Shown one piece after another: positions 10,323 to 20,421 of a stretch of DNA of 64,000 nucleotides. Every line of letters begins with the position of its first letter. Position 1 is the stretch's first letter. The stretch is from Veillonellales bacterium (GTDB lineage: Bacteria > Bacillota > Negativicutes > JAAYSF01). The stretch covers positions 229,724-293,723 of the forward strand of contig JBDKTO010000074.1 in the NCBI GenBank assembly GCA_039680175.1. Direction: 5' to 3'. The notes below the pieces were generated by a model that was not told the origin of the DNA, did not search any database, and saw nothing but the letters and a program-made list of their open reading frames with translations. A program made the translations under genes and the position numbers.

Positions 10323-11513
10323 ATGTTAACAAACCTGAAAATTGTTTTGGGCGTAACAGGCGGGATTGCTTCTTATAAAGCGGTTGAACTGGTTAGCCGT
10401 TTAAAAAAAGCCGGTGCTTCCGTCCATGTTATTATGACTGAGGCAGCGACTAAATTTGTTACGCCTTTAACCTTTCGTGAAATCAGCGGCAATCCGGTTG
10501 TTACCAGTATGTGGACAGAATCGCCTGCCTGGAATGTTGAACATATAGCTTTAGCAAATTTGGCTGATTTATTTGCTGTAGTTCCGGCTACCGCCAATAT
10601 CATCGGCAAAATTGCCAATGGAATTGCCGATGATATGTTGTCCACAACTATTATGGCTACCCAAGCTCCGGTTTTATTGGCGCCGGCAATGAATAGCAAT
10701 ATGTATTTAAATGCCATTGTGCAACAAAATTTGGCCCGCTTAAAACAATCCGGCTATCATATTATTGAGCCGGACTGGGGGAAATTGGCCTGCGGCACGG
10801 AAGGACCGGGACGGTTGCCGGAACCTTCCGTCATTTTTGAAAAGATAACGAGTTTATACCGAGCTGCTCATACCTTTGCCGGGAAAAAAATTTTGGTTAC
10901 CGCAGGCGGTACCCGTGAACCCATTGATCCGGTGCGCTATATAGGCAACAGATCCAGCGGTAAAATGGGCTACGCACTGGCCACTGCGGCTGCAGCCCGC
11001 GGCGCGGAGGTTATCCTGATTTCAGGACCCACAAGTCTGCCTGATCCTGCCGGCGTATTTGTCAAACATATTGAAACGGCGCAGGAAATGCGTCAGGCAG
11101 TCCTAGCGGAATACGACAGAATGGATATCATCATCAAGGCTGCTGCGGTAGCGGATTACCGGCCGATGTCTCCAAGCGTTCATAAAATAAAAAAGGCCGA
11201 TGAAACTTTGACTTTGACTCTGGAAAAGAATCCGGATATTTTGCTGGAATTAGGGCAAAAAAAACAGCATCAAATATTAATTGGCTTTGCCGCAGAAACC
11301 CAGGAATTAATTGGCAATGCTTCGCTGAAACTGGCAAAGAAAAATTTGGATATGGTTATCGCCAATGATGTTACTTTGCCGGGAGCCGGCTTTAATTCCG
11401 ATACAAATATTGTTAAAATATTATATCGCGACGGTCGTATTGAGGAGCTTCCCCAGCTGCCCAAGCAAGAAATTGCTGAACGTATACTTGAAAAAGTATT
11501 TGAGTTTTTGTAG
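10323..11513 (+). CDS. coaBC: Bifunctional phosphopantothenoylcysteine decarboxylase / phosphopantothenate-cysteine ligase
   Basis: 396 aa with an N-terminal flavoprotein domain (GVTGGIASYKA) and a C-terminal CoaB domain. RBS TAGGAGG is present. Confidence 0.9.
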   Translation: MLTNLKIVLGVTGGIASYKAVELVSRLKKAGASVHVIMTEAATKFVTPLTFREISGNPVVTSMWTESPAWNVEHIALANLADLFAVVPATANIIGKIANGIADDMLSTTIMATQAPVLLAPAMNSNMYLNAIVQQNLARLKQSGYHIIEPDWGKLACGTEGPGRLPEPSVIFEKITSLYRAAHTFAGKKILVTAGGTREPIDPVRYIGNRSSGKMGYALATAAAARGAEVILISGPTSLPDPAGVFVKHIETAQEMRQAVLAEYDRMDIIIKAAAVADYRPMSPSVHKIKKADETLTLTLEKNPDILLELGQKKQHQILIGFAAETQELIGNASLKLAKKNLDMVIANDVTLPGAGFNSDTNIVKILYRDGRIEELPQLPKQEIAERILEKVFEFL

Positions 11514-11574
11514 AAAAAGGTTGATTTTTTTACCGGTTTAATTTAAAATCATATATATTGAAAAATACATACAA

Positions 11575-11730
11575 TATGCTCATCAAGAGTTGGCGGAGGG
11601 ACTGGCCCGATGAAACCGCGGCAACCATTTGGCTGTGCCAAAACGGTGCCAATTCCTGCAGATTTTCTGCAAGATGGGAGAGTGACTATCGCCCCTCCTG
11701 CCAATGCAATGGGAGCTTTTTTTTTAAGAT
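11575..11730 (+). ncRNA. SAM-I (S-box) riboswitch with a U-run terminator, leader of metK
   Basis: CTCATCAAGAGTTGGCGGAGGGACTGGCCCGATGAAACCGCGGCAACC...GGTGCCAATTCCTGCAGA...GATGGGAGAG matches the S-box consensus core. A T9 run at 11717-11725 follows a short stem. Confidence 0.85.
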
Positions 11731-11812
11731 TTTCTCCTGCTAAAGTTTTGGATTGCCTTTTTAAAACAGGCGTTTGACCTTTTAACAGGATATTATGAAA
11801 GGAAGGTGCAGT

Positions 11813-13003
11813 ATGGAAAACAAGCGTGTACTATTTACATCCGAATCGGTAACCGAAGGCCATCCGGATAAAATTGCCGATCAGATTTCCGACAGCGTGC
11901 TGGATGCAATTATTGCCCAGGATCCAATGGGCCGTGTTGCTTGCGAAACACTTATCACAACTGGTATCGTGCATGTTGTGGGTGAAATTACAACCAATTG
12001 TTATGTCGATATTCCCAAAATTGTTCGGGATACAATCAGAGATATCGGTTATACGCGGGCAAAATTTGGCTTTGACTGTGATACTTGCGGCGTCATGGTT
12101 TCCATTGACGAACAATCGCCGGATATTGCTTTAGGCGTCGACAAAGCTTTGGAAGCAAAAAAAGGGCAAATGGATGCGATTGAAGCAATTGGTGCCGGTG
12201 ATCAAGGCATGATGTTTGGTTATGCCACCAATGAAACACCGGAATATATGCCTTTAACCATCGCTCTGGCCCACAAATTGGCCCGCCGTTTAGCAGAAGT
12301 ACGGAAAAATAATGAACTCGACTATTTGCGGCCTGACGGAAAAACTCAGGTAACGGTTGAATATGTGGATGGTAAGCCGGTAAGAATTGATACAATCGTA
12401 ATTTCAACTCAGCATAGTCAGGATGTTGAGTTAGCGACGATTGAGAAAGATCTGATTGAAAAAGTCATTTTGCCGATTGTTCCGGCTGAATTGCTGGATA
12501 GCAAGACAAAATATTACATCAATCCTACCGGCCGTTTTGTCGTAGGCGGTCCGCAAGGCGACTCCGGTTTAACCGGCAGAAAAATTATCGTTGATACTTA
12601 CGGCGGTATGGCGCGCCATGGAGGCGGTGCATTTTCCGGCAAGGATCCAACAAAAGTGGATCGTTCCGCCGCTTATGCCGCTCGCTATGTAGCAAAAAAT
12701 GTAGTCGCTGCCGGTTTAGCGGATAAATGTGAAATACAGTTGGCCTATGCAATTGGCATTGCCCGTCCTGTTTCGATTATGGTTGAAACCTTTGGCACGG
12801 CGAAAGTGGCTGAGCAGTTAATCAAAACACTGATTGAAAAACATTTCGATTTACGTCCTGCAGGTATCATTAAGACATTAGATCTGCGGCGTCCCATCTA
12901 TCGTCAAACCGCAGCCTATGGGCATTTTGGCCGCACGGATATTGATTTGCCCTGGGAGAGAACCGACAAAGCAGAGCTATTACGCCGCGAGGCACATCGG
13001 TAA
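11813..13003 (+). CDS. metK: S-adenosylmethionine synthetase
   Basis: [20 protein letters not shown]... and [23 protein letters not shown] lies 5 nt upstream of the ATG at 11813. Confidence 0.95.
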   Translation: MENKRVLFTSESVTEGHPDKIADQISDSVLDAIIAQDPMGRVACETLITTGIVHVVGEITTNCYVDIPKIVRDTIRDIGYTRAKFGFDCDTCGVMVSIDEQSPDIALGVDKALEAKKGQMDAIEAIGAGDQGMMFGYATNETPEYMPLTIALAHKLARRLAEVRKNNELDYLRPDGKTQVTVEYVDGKPVRIDTIVISTQHSQDVELATIEKDLIEKVILPIVPAELLDSKTKYYINPTGRFVVGGPQGDSGLTGRKIIVDTYGGMARHGGGAFSGKDPTKVDRSAAYAARYVAKNVVAAGLADKCEIQLAYAIGIARPVSIMVETFGTAKVAEQLIKTLIEKHFDLRPAGIIKTLDLRRPIYRQTAAYGHFGRTDIDLPWERTDKAELLRREAHR

Positions 13004-13069
13004 AATGAATATTCTTCGGCAGGTATTTTATATTGTCTGACGAATGATAGAATTATAGAGTTGAAATGC

Positions 13070-13104
13070 AAAAAGGGGACTTTAAGTAGTTCCCCTTTTC
13101 TGTT
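13070..13104 (+). terminator. Intrinsic terminator after metK
   Basis: aaaagggga ctttaagtagt tccccttttc tgttt. It lies only about 13 nt before the priA start. Confidence 0.6.
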
Positions 13105-13116
13105 TATTAATAAAGG

Positions 13117-15555
13117 ATGATTGATAAAAGTATGGGGCGTATCGCGGAAGTATTAATAAATATAGCGGCGAAAGGTATTAATAAGCCGTTTTCCTATCTC
13201 CTGCCCGATGAATTTGGCTTTTTATCTGTCGGCTGGAGAGTGCTGGTTCCATTTGGGCCACGCCAATTGGAAGGGTTTGTAATGAATGTAACGGCTGGGG
13301 ATACTAGCGGGTTAAAACCGATTTTTGACGTGTTAGACAGTTCCGTATGGTTTAATGACAACATGCTGAAAACCGCCGAATGGATTTCAGACTATTATCT
13401 ATGTACCTTAGCGGAAGCCATGCGCCTTTTCATCCCGGGAAAGTCGGGAATTAAAGCTCAAACACACTATCGTATTCACGAAGCAGTAGATGCGCCGCAG
13501 GTGATTGCACATTTGTCTGCCAAAGCGGATTTTCAGCGTCAGCTATTCGAATACCTGAAAGGCAACGGACCAACTAATATCACTGTATTAAAAAAAAAAT
13601 TCGGTCCTCATAGCTTACCGGCATTGCAGCAGCTTTTACGTAAAAAACTAATCGTCGCGGACTATACGGCAACGGCCAGACTTCGTGCTAAATATAAGTC
13701 TGTTGTCGAACTGGCAATCAGCCCTGATGCTGCCGCTATAGCCGCGGCCAGACTTTCCGGCAAACCGGCTCAGCTTCGGCTTTTCTTCGCATTATTGGCA
13801 AAAGGTTCATTGGAACATTCCGATTTAGCGCAAATAAAGGCAAGCCGCGCTACGGTTAAAGCGCTGGTGCAGGCAGGAATTGCTGTGATCCGCCAGGTTC
13901 AAGTCATACGAAATACCTATAATGAAAAGCAGTCTGTCCCTGCCAATATTACCTTAACCGCTGAACAGCAGCAGGCAGTAGCAAAAATAAGTTCTGCGAT
14001 AAAGTCTCAACGGTTTCATTCGTTCCTGCTGCATGGAATTACCGGCAGCGGTAAAACCCAGGTTTATATCGAAGCAGTTGCGCTGGTAAGACAAAATAAT
14101 CGGCAAGCAATCGTTCTGGTTCCGGAGATTGCTTTAACCAGTCAAATTGTGTTTCGTTTTCGCAGCCGTTTCGGCGACGATGTGGTCGTGATTCACAGCA
14201 AGTTGTCTGCCGGTGAACGGGCTGATGCCTGGCAACGGCTGCATTATCAGCAAGCAGGTATTGTTATCGGCGCCCGTTCCGCTATTTTCGCACCTCTTTT
14301 CGACATTGGCATTATCATTATCGATGAAGAACATGAATTTACGTATAAGCAGGAAGAGACTCCCCGCTATCACACTCTTGCGGTTGCCATGACCCGTGCC
14401 AGAATGGCGGATGCAATTGTGGTTATGGGAAGCGCCACTCCTTCGGTGGAAACTTATTATAACGCATTGCAGCACAAACACACACTGCTGCCTATGATCA
14501 ATCGTATCAATCACTCTGCACTGCCTCAGGTACAAGTAGTTGATATGAGGGAGGAGCTGCGTGCAGGACGGCGCAGTGTACTTTCCGCACCGTTGAAGGA
14601 ACTGCTGAATGAAACATTCAGCCGGCAGGAGCAGGCTATTATTCTATTAAATCGCCGCGGCTATTCTACTTTTGTATTGTGCCGGGAATGCGGTCATGTT
14701 ATGCGCTGTCCCCATTGTTCCACATCCTTGGTCTACCATGCAGCCGGCAACTATCTTCGCTGCCATTATTGCCAGTGGACCGAACAAGTTCCTGATGTTT
14801 GCCCGGCTTGCCGCAGCCGGTATATCCGCTATTTTGGCACAGGTACGCAAAAGCTCGAAGAAGAATTCCGCCAGCAGTGGCCCTATATCCGGATGATTCG
14901 TATGGATCAGGATACAACCGGTAAAAAAATGTCCCATCATAAAATATTAGCTGCTTTTGCCAAAGGCAGCTATGATGTTTTGCTTGGCACTCAGATGGTC
15001 GCCAAAGGACACGATATAGACAATGTCACAGCAGTCGGCATTATTTCCGCCGACACGGCGCTTAATTTACCTGACTTTCGGGCGGCCGAACAAACCTTCG
15101 ATTTATTAACCCAAGCAGCCGGTCGAGCGGGAAGGGGGATAAAGCCGGGAAGAGTTGTGGTACAAACCTATAATCCGGATCATTACGCAGTACAAACAGG
15201 AGCGATGCAGGATTATCTTTCTTTTTATAAAACAGAAATCAGCTATCGTCATGATCTGGGTTATCCTCCCTTTGGGCAGTTGATCAAGTTTACGATAGTA
15301 TCCAGCGACGAAAATATTTCCTGCCGTCAGGCAGCATTGACAGCGGAAGAGTTAAGATCCGGCTTAGATGATTTACCCAATATTGAAATCATCGGTCCGT
15401 TTAAAGCCCCAATAGCAAAAATTAACGACATGTATCGTATGCAGCTCCTTATCAAATCTCCGGGAATGGATATCGTCAAAACTCGTTTAAATCATATGGA
15501 TATTGTTTCTCGGTCCAATATTATCATTGATGTCGATCCAGTAAACGTAATGTAA
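13117..15555 (+). CDS. priA: Primosomal protein N' (replication restart helicase PriA)
   Basis: 812 aa with Walker A GITGSGKT, a DEEH box and a C-terminal Cys-rich zinc region (CxxC x4). Confidence 0.9.
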   Translation: MIDKSMGRIAEVLINIAAKGINKPFSYLLPDEFGFLSVGWRVLVPFGPRQLEGFVMNVTAGDTSGLKPIFDVLDSSVWFNDNMLKTAEWISDYYLCTLAEAMRLFIPGKSGIKAQTHYRIHEAVDAPQVIAHLSAKADFQRQLFEYLKGNGPTNITVLKKKFGPHSLPALQQLLRKKLIVADYTATARLRAKYKSVVELAISPDAAAIAAARLSGKPAQLRLFFALLAKGSLEHSDLAQIKASRATVKALVQAGIAVIRQVQVIRNTYNEKQSVPANITLTAEQQQAVAKISSAIKSQRFHSFLLHGITGSGKTQVYIEAVALVRQNNRQAIVLVPEIALTSQIVFRFRSRFGDDVVVIHSKLSAGERADAWQRLHYQQAGIVIGARSAIFAPLFDIGIIIIDEEHEFTYKQEETPRYHTLAVAMTRARMADAIVVMGSATPSVETYYNALQHKHTLLPMINRINHSALPQVQVVDMREELRAGRRSVLSAPLKELLNETFSRQEQAIILLNRRGYSTFVLCRECGHVMRCPHCSTSLVYHAAGNYLRCHYCQWTEQVPDVCPACRSRYIRYFGTGTQKLEEEFRQQWPYIRMIRMDQDTTGKKMSHHKILAAFAKGSYDVLLGTQMVAKGHDIDNVTAVGIISADTALNLPDFRAAEQTFDLLTQAAGRAGRGIKPGRVVVQTYNPDHYAVQTGAMQDYLSFYKTEISYRHDLGYPPFGQLIKFTIVSSDENISCRQAALTAEELRSGLDDLPNIEIIGPFKAPIAKINDMYRMQLLIKSPGMDIVKTRLNHMDIVSRSNIIIDVDPVNVM

Positions 15556-15731
15556 TCATTCAAACAAGTACGGATGTATTTTATAAGATTAGGGGATTTT
15601 ATAAGTAGGACAAGCTCCTACCCATAGATTTTTTTATCTTTCTATGATAAAATTTCCCCAGGGTCAATTATTTTAACATTTACCCGCATTTTGTGTTGCC
15701 TGAATGGCAATCAACAATAAGGAGGACCAAT

Positions 15732-16190
15732 ATGGCAGTCCTAGAAATAAAACAAGCCGGCGATAAAATTTTAAAAGAGCACTGTGCTCCTGTAGCAAAA
15801 GTCGACAGAAGAATAAGGCAGATGCTGGATGATATGGCGCAGACCATGTACGCCGCCGATGGGGTCGGACTCGCCGCACCTCAGGTCGGTTTAGCGCTGC
15901 GAGTTGTTGTGGTTGATGCCGGTGATGGCCTAATTGAGCTAATTAATCCGGTAATAGTCAATTCAGAAGGGTCTGAACAAGGGACGGAAGGCTGTTTAAG
16001 CATCCCGGGAGTCTATGGAGAAGTGGAACGCTGTAGTAAAGTTACGGTGGAAGGGCTGAATCGATTTGGGAAAAAGGTCCAAGTTGAGGGAACCGGCCTC
16101 CAGGCTCGTGCTTTGCAGCATGAAATTGACCATCTGGAAGGCATATTGTTTATTGAACTCGCAAAAACGATTTGCCGGGAGAACAGCTAA
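15732..16190 (+). CDS. def: Peptide deformylase
   Basis: MAVLEIKQAG... with GVGLAAPQ, EGCLS and QHEIDHL motifs. RBS AAGGAGGA lies 5 nt upstream of the ATG at 15732. Confidence 0.9.
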   Translation: MAVLEIKQAGDKILKEHCAPVAKVDRRIRQMLDDMAQTMYAADGVGLAAPQVGLALRVVVVDAGDGLIELINPVIVNSEGSEQGTEGCLSIPGVYGEVERCSKVTVEGLNRFGKKVQVEGTGLQARALQHEIDHLEGILFIELAKTICRENS

Positions 16191-17135
16191 ATGTCAAGTT
16201 GCCGTATCGTATTTATGGGAACGCCGGACTTTGCCGTTCCCTGCCTGGACATGCTGGTAAGGGAACAGTATGATGTGATTGCCGTAGTCACTCAGCCTGA
16301 CCGTCCGCAAGGCCGTGGTCAAAAATTAACGGCTTCACCAGTTAAGCAAGCCGCTCTGCACTATAATCTGCCTGTTCTGCAGCCGGAGAAAATTAAATCC
16401 CCGGACTTTGAAGCTAGACTGGCTCTGTTGCAACCTGATGTGATCGTTGTTGTTGCCTTTGGTCAGTTTTTGTCTCAAACTATCTTAAACCTTCCCCCCT
16501 GGGGCTGTATAAATGTCCATGCATCGCTGCTCCCTCAATATCGCGGGGCTGCTCCGATTCATTGGGCGGTCATTCAGGGTGAAAAGTATACAGGTGTAAC
16601 GACTATGTACATGGATAGTGGGATGGATACCGGTGATATGATTTTAAAAGCGGAAGTTCCCATTGAGCCGGAAAATACCACAGGCGATATTCATGATAAA
16701 TTAAAAGAGGTGGGAGCCGCTGTTCTCAAAAAGACACTTACACTGATCAAAAATCGCCAGGGGCCCCGCACTCCCCAGAATTCAAAGTTTGCCAGTTATG
16801 CTCCCCTGTTAACCCGCGAGCTCGAACGTATTCATTGGAGCCAGTCGGCTGTTTCCATTCACAATCTTGTACGCGGCCTTAATCCATGGCCGGGATCCTT
16901 TTGTTTGTTCCAGGGGAAATCACTAAAAATTCGGCAAACTCGTTTGGCGGAACCGGGAAGTTCTGCTGCTAATCACCCCGGCCGGATATCCCGTCTAACC
17001 AACGCTGGCTTCGTTGTGGAAACAGGACAAGGATTTATCGAAATTCTTGTCGTTCAGCCGGAAAGCAAACGTAGCATGAATGCCAATGACTATGCCAACG
17101 GATATAATATCACCGTCGGAGACGTATTGGAATAG
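16191..17135 (+). CDS. fmt: Methionyl-tRNA formyltransferase
   Basis: 314 aa with an N-terminal formyltransferase domain (VVFMGTPDFAVP..., HASLLPQYRGAAPI). It starts directly after the def stop. Confidence 0.9.
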   Translation: MSSCRIVFMGTPDFAVPCLDMLVREQYDVIAVVTQPDRPQGRGQKLTASPVKQAALHYNLPVLQPEKIKSPDFEARLALLQPDVIVVVAFGQFLSQTILNLPPWGCINVHASLLPQYRGAAPIHWAVIQGEKYTGVTTMYMDSGMDTGDMILKAEVPIEPENTTGDIHDKLKEVGAAVLKKTLTLIKNRQGPRTPQNSKFASYAPLLTRELERIHWSQSAVSIHNLVRGLNPWPGSFCLFQGKSLKIRQTRLAEPGSSAANHPGRISRLTNAGFVVETGQGFIEILVVQPESKRSMNANDYANGYNITVGDVLE

Positions 17136-17147
17136 AAGGTGAGTAGT

Positions 17148-17912
17148 ATGATTGAAGTGATGGTTCGTCCTAAAAAACGATTGTTCATCGCCCTTATTTT
17201 AGTCAGCCTATCTTTGGCAGCATTATCAACCTATGGATTATGGATGGTAAGCTTCCCGGGTTTAGCAAATATCAGTGCCTATTTGCCCTTTATCTTAGGC
17301 GGCTTATTAGCTGCCGTAATTTTAGTGATTGCTTTTGGCGTCATTGGCATTATCTTTGCTATTTTAGGGTTTCCTACACTCGGCGTTTTTCAGGGACCTG
17401 CCTGGTCGGCAGTCAATCTTCTATTTCCCATGGCCATTTGCCTGGGGAAATTATTTGATGTAGATAAGGAGAGAGTGGAACGCTCCTTTATCGAGGTCAG
17501 CAATCATCTTATACGTCAAAAAAACATAAAAGTGTCTCCGGACAAGCTTTTGGTATTAACACCCCACTGTATTCAGCAAGAATCCTGCCCGTATAAAATA
17601 ACCCGCGATGTGGCTAATTGTCATAAATGCGGCAACTGTCAGGTCGGTGAACTGATTACAATCACAAATACTTATGGAGTTAAACTTGCGATTGTAACCG
17701 GCGGAACATTGGCCCGTAAAGTTATAAAAACGTATCGGCCCCAGGCCGTTCTGGCAATTGCCTGTGAGCGGGATTTAACCAGCGGCATTCAGGATGTTTT
17801 CCCTCTCCCGGTCATTGGAGTACTGAACGACCGGCCTTATGGACCTTGCTGTAATACTAGGGTGGACATGCAATGCGTAGAAAAAGCCATCCGTGATTTT
17901 ATTAAAGCATAA
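17148..17912 (+). CDS. DUF116-family membrane protein with a C-terminal Cys-rich domain
   Basis: Two or three N-terminal TM helices, then HCIQQESCPYKITRDVANCHKCGNCQV. The def-fmt-DUF116-rsmB arrangement is conserved in Clostridia-type genomes. RBS GAAGGTGA precedes the ATG at 17148. Confidence 0.7.
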   Translation: MIEVMVRPKKRLFIALILVSLSLAALSTYGLWMVSFPGLANISAYLPFILGGLLAAVILVIAFGVIGIIFAILGFPTLGVFQGPAWSAVNLLFPMAICLGKLFDVDKERVERSFIEVSNHLIRQKNIKVSPDKLLVLTPHCIQQESCPYKITRDVANCHKCGNCQVGELITITNTYGVKLAIVTGGTLARKVIKTYRPQAVLAIACERDLTSGIQDVFPLPVIGVLNDRPYGPCCNTRVDMQCVEKAIRDFIKA

Positions 17913-17925
17913 AAAGCAATCCTGT

Positions 17926-19290
17926 ATGAATTGTTTTAAGCATTTCGAAGAGGTGATCGATACGGAAGCCAGAGAAGCAGCCTTAAAAATAATTAATGAT
18001 GTCCATACAAATGGAGCCTATGCAAATATCACCCTGGCGAAAACGCTTACCAAGCATGAATTTTCCGAACAGGATCGGCGCTTTATCACTGAATTAGTCT
18101 ATGGAACTATCAAAACCGGAGAAACACTGGACTGGATTATCGGTCATTTTAGCCAGCGTTCTCTAACAAAAATACCGCCAATTATTTTAGATATTTTACG
18201 TATGGGCATTTACCAGATGTTTTTTCTGACAAAAGTACCGGATTCCGCGGCTTGTAATCAAGCCGTGCAATTGACTAAAAAGTACGGACACGCCGGGACC
18301 GTCAAATTCGTCAATGCAGTTCTCCGTAATGCAGGACGAACCCGGGGAAAAATTGTTTATCCCGAAAGAGATAAAGATGCGGCAGCTTTTCTGGCGTTAA
18401 AATATTTTCATCCCAAATGGCTCATTGCCCGCTGGCTTAAAAGATTCGGTTTTGATGCCACGGAAGCTCTTTGTCAGGCAAACAATACAACTCCGCCTCT
18501 TTCCCTGCGTACCAATACGCTGAAAATACAGCGGAGCGAATTGCTGGAAGTGCTTGGACAGGAAAAAGTGATTTGTCAGCCTTCCGTCTGGACGCCGGAA
18601 GGCATTATTTGCCGTGAATATCCTTCGCTTACTACGCTGAAATCTTTGCAGGCGGGGCTCTTTCAGGTTCAGGATGAAAGTTCTATGCTGGTTGCCCATG
18701 TGTTAGATCCGCAGCCGGGAGATTTTATTATTGACGCTTGCAGTGCACCAGGCGGGAAAAGTACGCATATGGCCGCTCTTATGAACAATACCGGGCGAAT
18801 CCTTTCGCTCGATATTCATGAACATAAATTGCTTCTGATTCAGGAAAATGCGAAACGACTTGGTATAAACATAATAGAAACATTCGCCGCTGATTCAAGC
18901 TTGCTTGCTAAAAACTATGCATTTCAAGCCGATCGTGTTCTGGTGGATGCGCCGTGTTCCGGCTTGGGAGTAATTCGCCGGAAACCCGACTCCCGCTGGC
19001 GAAAAACTGAATCAATGTTAACAGAGCTGCCTAAACTGCAAACGGCTATTCTAGCAAGCGCCGCCGAGTGTGTAAAACCAGGCGGTGTTTTAGTATACAG
19101 CACCTGTACGATTGAACCGGAAGAGAATGATCAGGTGATACAGGCCTTTTTACATAACCAAAAAAATTTTCAACTGGATTCTGTGGGAAGTTATCTTCCC
19201 GTTCCAGCGGAGGTTGACACTCTGCAATTGCTGCCGCATATTCACCAAATCGATGGGTTTTATATTGCACGAATGATCAGAATAAAGTAG
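17926..19290 (+). CDS. rsmB: 16S rRNA (cytosine967-C5)-methyltransferase RsmB (Sun family)
   Basis: N-terminal NusB-like domain (TEAREAALKIINDV...), a C-terminal SAM-dependent methyltransferase (DACSAPGGKSTH) and a catalytic Cys (YSTCT). The start is uncertain between 17893 and 17926. Confidence 0.85.
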   Translation: MNCFKHFEEVIDTEAREAALKIINDVHTNGAYANITLAKTLTKHEFSEQDRRFITELVYGTIKTGETLDWIIGHFSQRSLTKIPPIILDILRMGIYQMFFLTKVPDSAACNQAVQLTKKYGHAGTVKFVNAVLRNAGRTRGKIVYPERDKDAAAFLALKYFHPKWLIARWLKRFGFDATEALCQANNTTPPLSLRTNTLKIQRSELLEVLGQEKVICQPSVWTPEGIICREYPSLTTLKSLQAGLFQVQDESSMLVAHVLDPQPGDFIIDACSAPGGKSTHMAALMNNTGRILSLDIHEHKLLLIQENAKRLGINIIETFAADSSLLAKNYAFQADRVLVDAPCSGLGVIRRKPDSRWRKTESMLTELPKLQTAILASAAECVKPGGVLVYSTCTIEPEENDQVIQAFLHNQKNFQLDSVGSYLPVPAEVDTLQLLPHIHQIDGFYIARMIRIK

Positions 19291-19300
19291 GTGTTAATGA

Positions 19301-20335
19301 TTGAAAACTAACATCTTTGGCATGTTTGCCGAAGAAATCGCTCAAGCCGTTGAACCTTATGGTCTGCAAAAGTATCGGGGAGAACAAATCGCCAGATGGA
19401 TTTATCAGCACAATATTACTGATTTTGCGCAAATGACAAATCTGTCGGTTGAACAGCGGAAATTTCTTGCGGAAAATTTTGCAATTCTAACGGCAGTGGA
19501 AAAGGCTCGCCAGGCTGCTGCTGACCGGCAAACCAGTAAATATTTGCTGCTTTTTTCTGATGGTGCGGCAGTAGAAACCGTATTAATGTGCCACCCCTAC
19601 GGCAACAGTGTTTGTGTGTCAACTCAGGTAGGCTGTGCCATGGGCTGTTTATTTTGTGCCTCCACCTTACATGGTATTATTAGAAATTTGACCGGAGGGG
19701 AAATTTTAGCTCAGCTATTATATATCGATCGCCTTTTAGCCGCAGAAAGCACCCGTGTGAATACAATCGTCATTATGGGTTCGGGGGAACCGCTGGCTAA
19801 TTATGATCATCTATTACGGTTCATTCATTTGTGCCACCAAGAATATTGTCTGAATCTCAGCTATCGAAATATTACCGTATCCACTTGCGGCATAGTGCCG
19901 GAGATTAACAAGCTTGCCGCCGAAGGAATACCTGTCAATCTGTCTATATCTTTACATGCCCCTACGAATGAGATACGTTCAAAACTAATGCCGATTAACC
20001 AAAGGTTTCCATTGGAGACTGTTCTGGTTGCTGCTGATCGCTATGCGGAAAAAACCGGCAGACGAATCACCTATGAATATATTTTAATTGATGGGATAAA
20101 CGACAAACCGGAGCATGCTGCCGCATTGGCCGCTATCCTGAAAGGACGCTTAGCGAATGTAAATCTTATTCCGGTAAATCCAGTACCTGAAAGAGGTTTG
20201 TTACGCCCCAGCGATGCTCATATCAAACGATTTTTCGCCGGGCTGCAGTCGCGTCATATTAATGTAACAATACGGCATGAAATGGGCGCCGACATTCAGG
20301 CAGCCTGTGGCCAGCTTCGCAATAGAATGACTTAA
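19301..20335 (+). CDS. rlmN: 23S rRNA/tRNA m2A methyltransferase RlmN (radical SAM)
   Basis: CAMGCLFC radical-SAM motif. The TTG start has RBS AAAGTAGGTG. Confidence 0.9.
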   Translation: MKTNIFGMFAEEIAQAVEPYGLQKYRGEQIARWIYQHNITDFAQMTNLSVEQRKFLAENFAILTAVEKARQAAADRQTSKYLLLFSDGAAVETVLMCHPYGNSVCVSTQVGCAMGCLFCASTLHGIIRNLTGGEILAQLLYIDRLLAAESTRVNTIVIMGSGEPLANYDHLLRFIHLCHQEYCLNLSYRNITVSTCGIVPEINKLAAEGIPVNLSISLHAPTNEIRSKLMPINQRFPLETVLVAADRYAEKTGRRITYEYILIDGINDKPEHAAALAAILKGRLANVNLIPVNPVPERGLLRPSDAHIKRFFAGLQSRHINVTIRHEMGADIQAACGQLRNRMT

Positions 20336-20421
20336 TCCTTAAATAAACGTATACTAGTGTTTGTTTTGACTGCTTGAGGAATTTATCATATAATAAGTCA
20401 TATACTATAGACTTGGAGTGC

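Noticed and set aside
11558-11743. 61-aa ORF overlapping the metK leader
   Set aside because: The sequence is a textbook SAM-I riboswitch aptamer plus terminator. The ORF is an artefact of the structured RNA.
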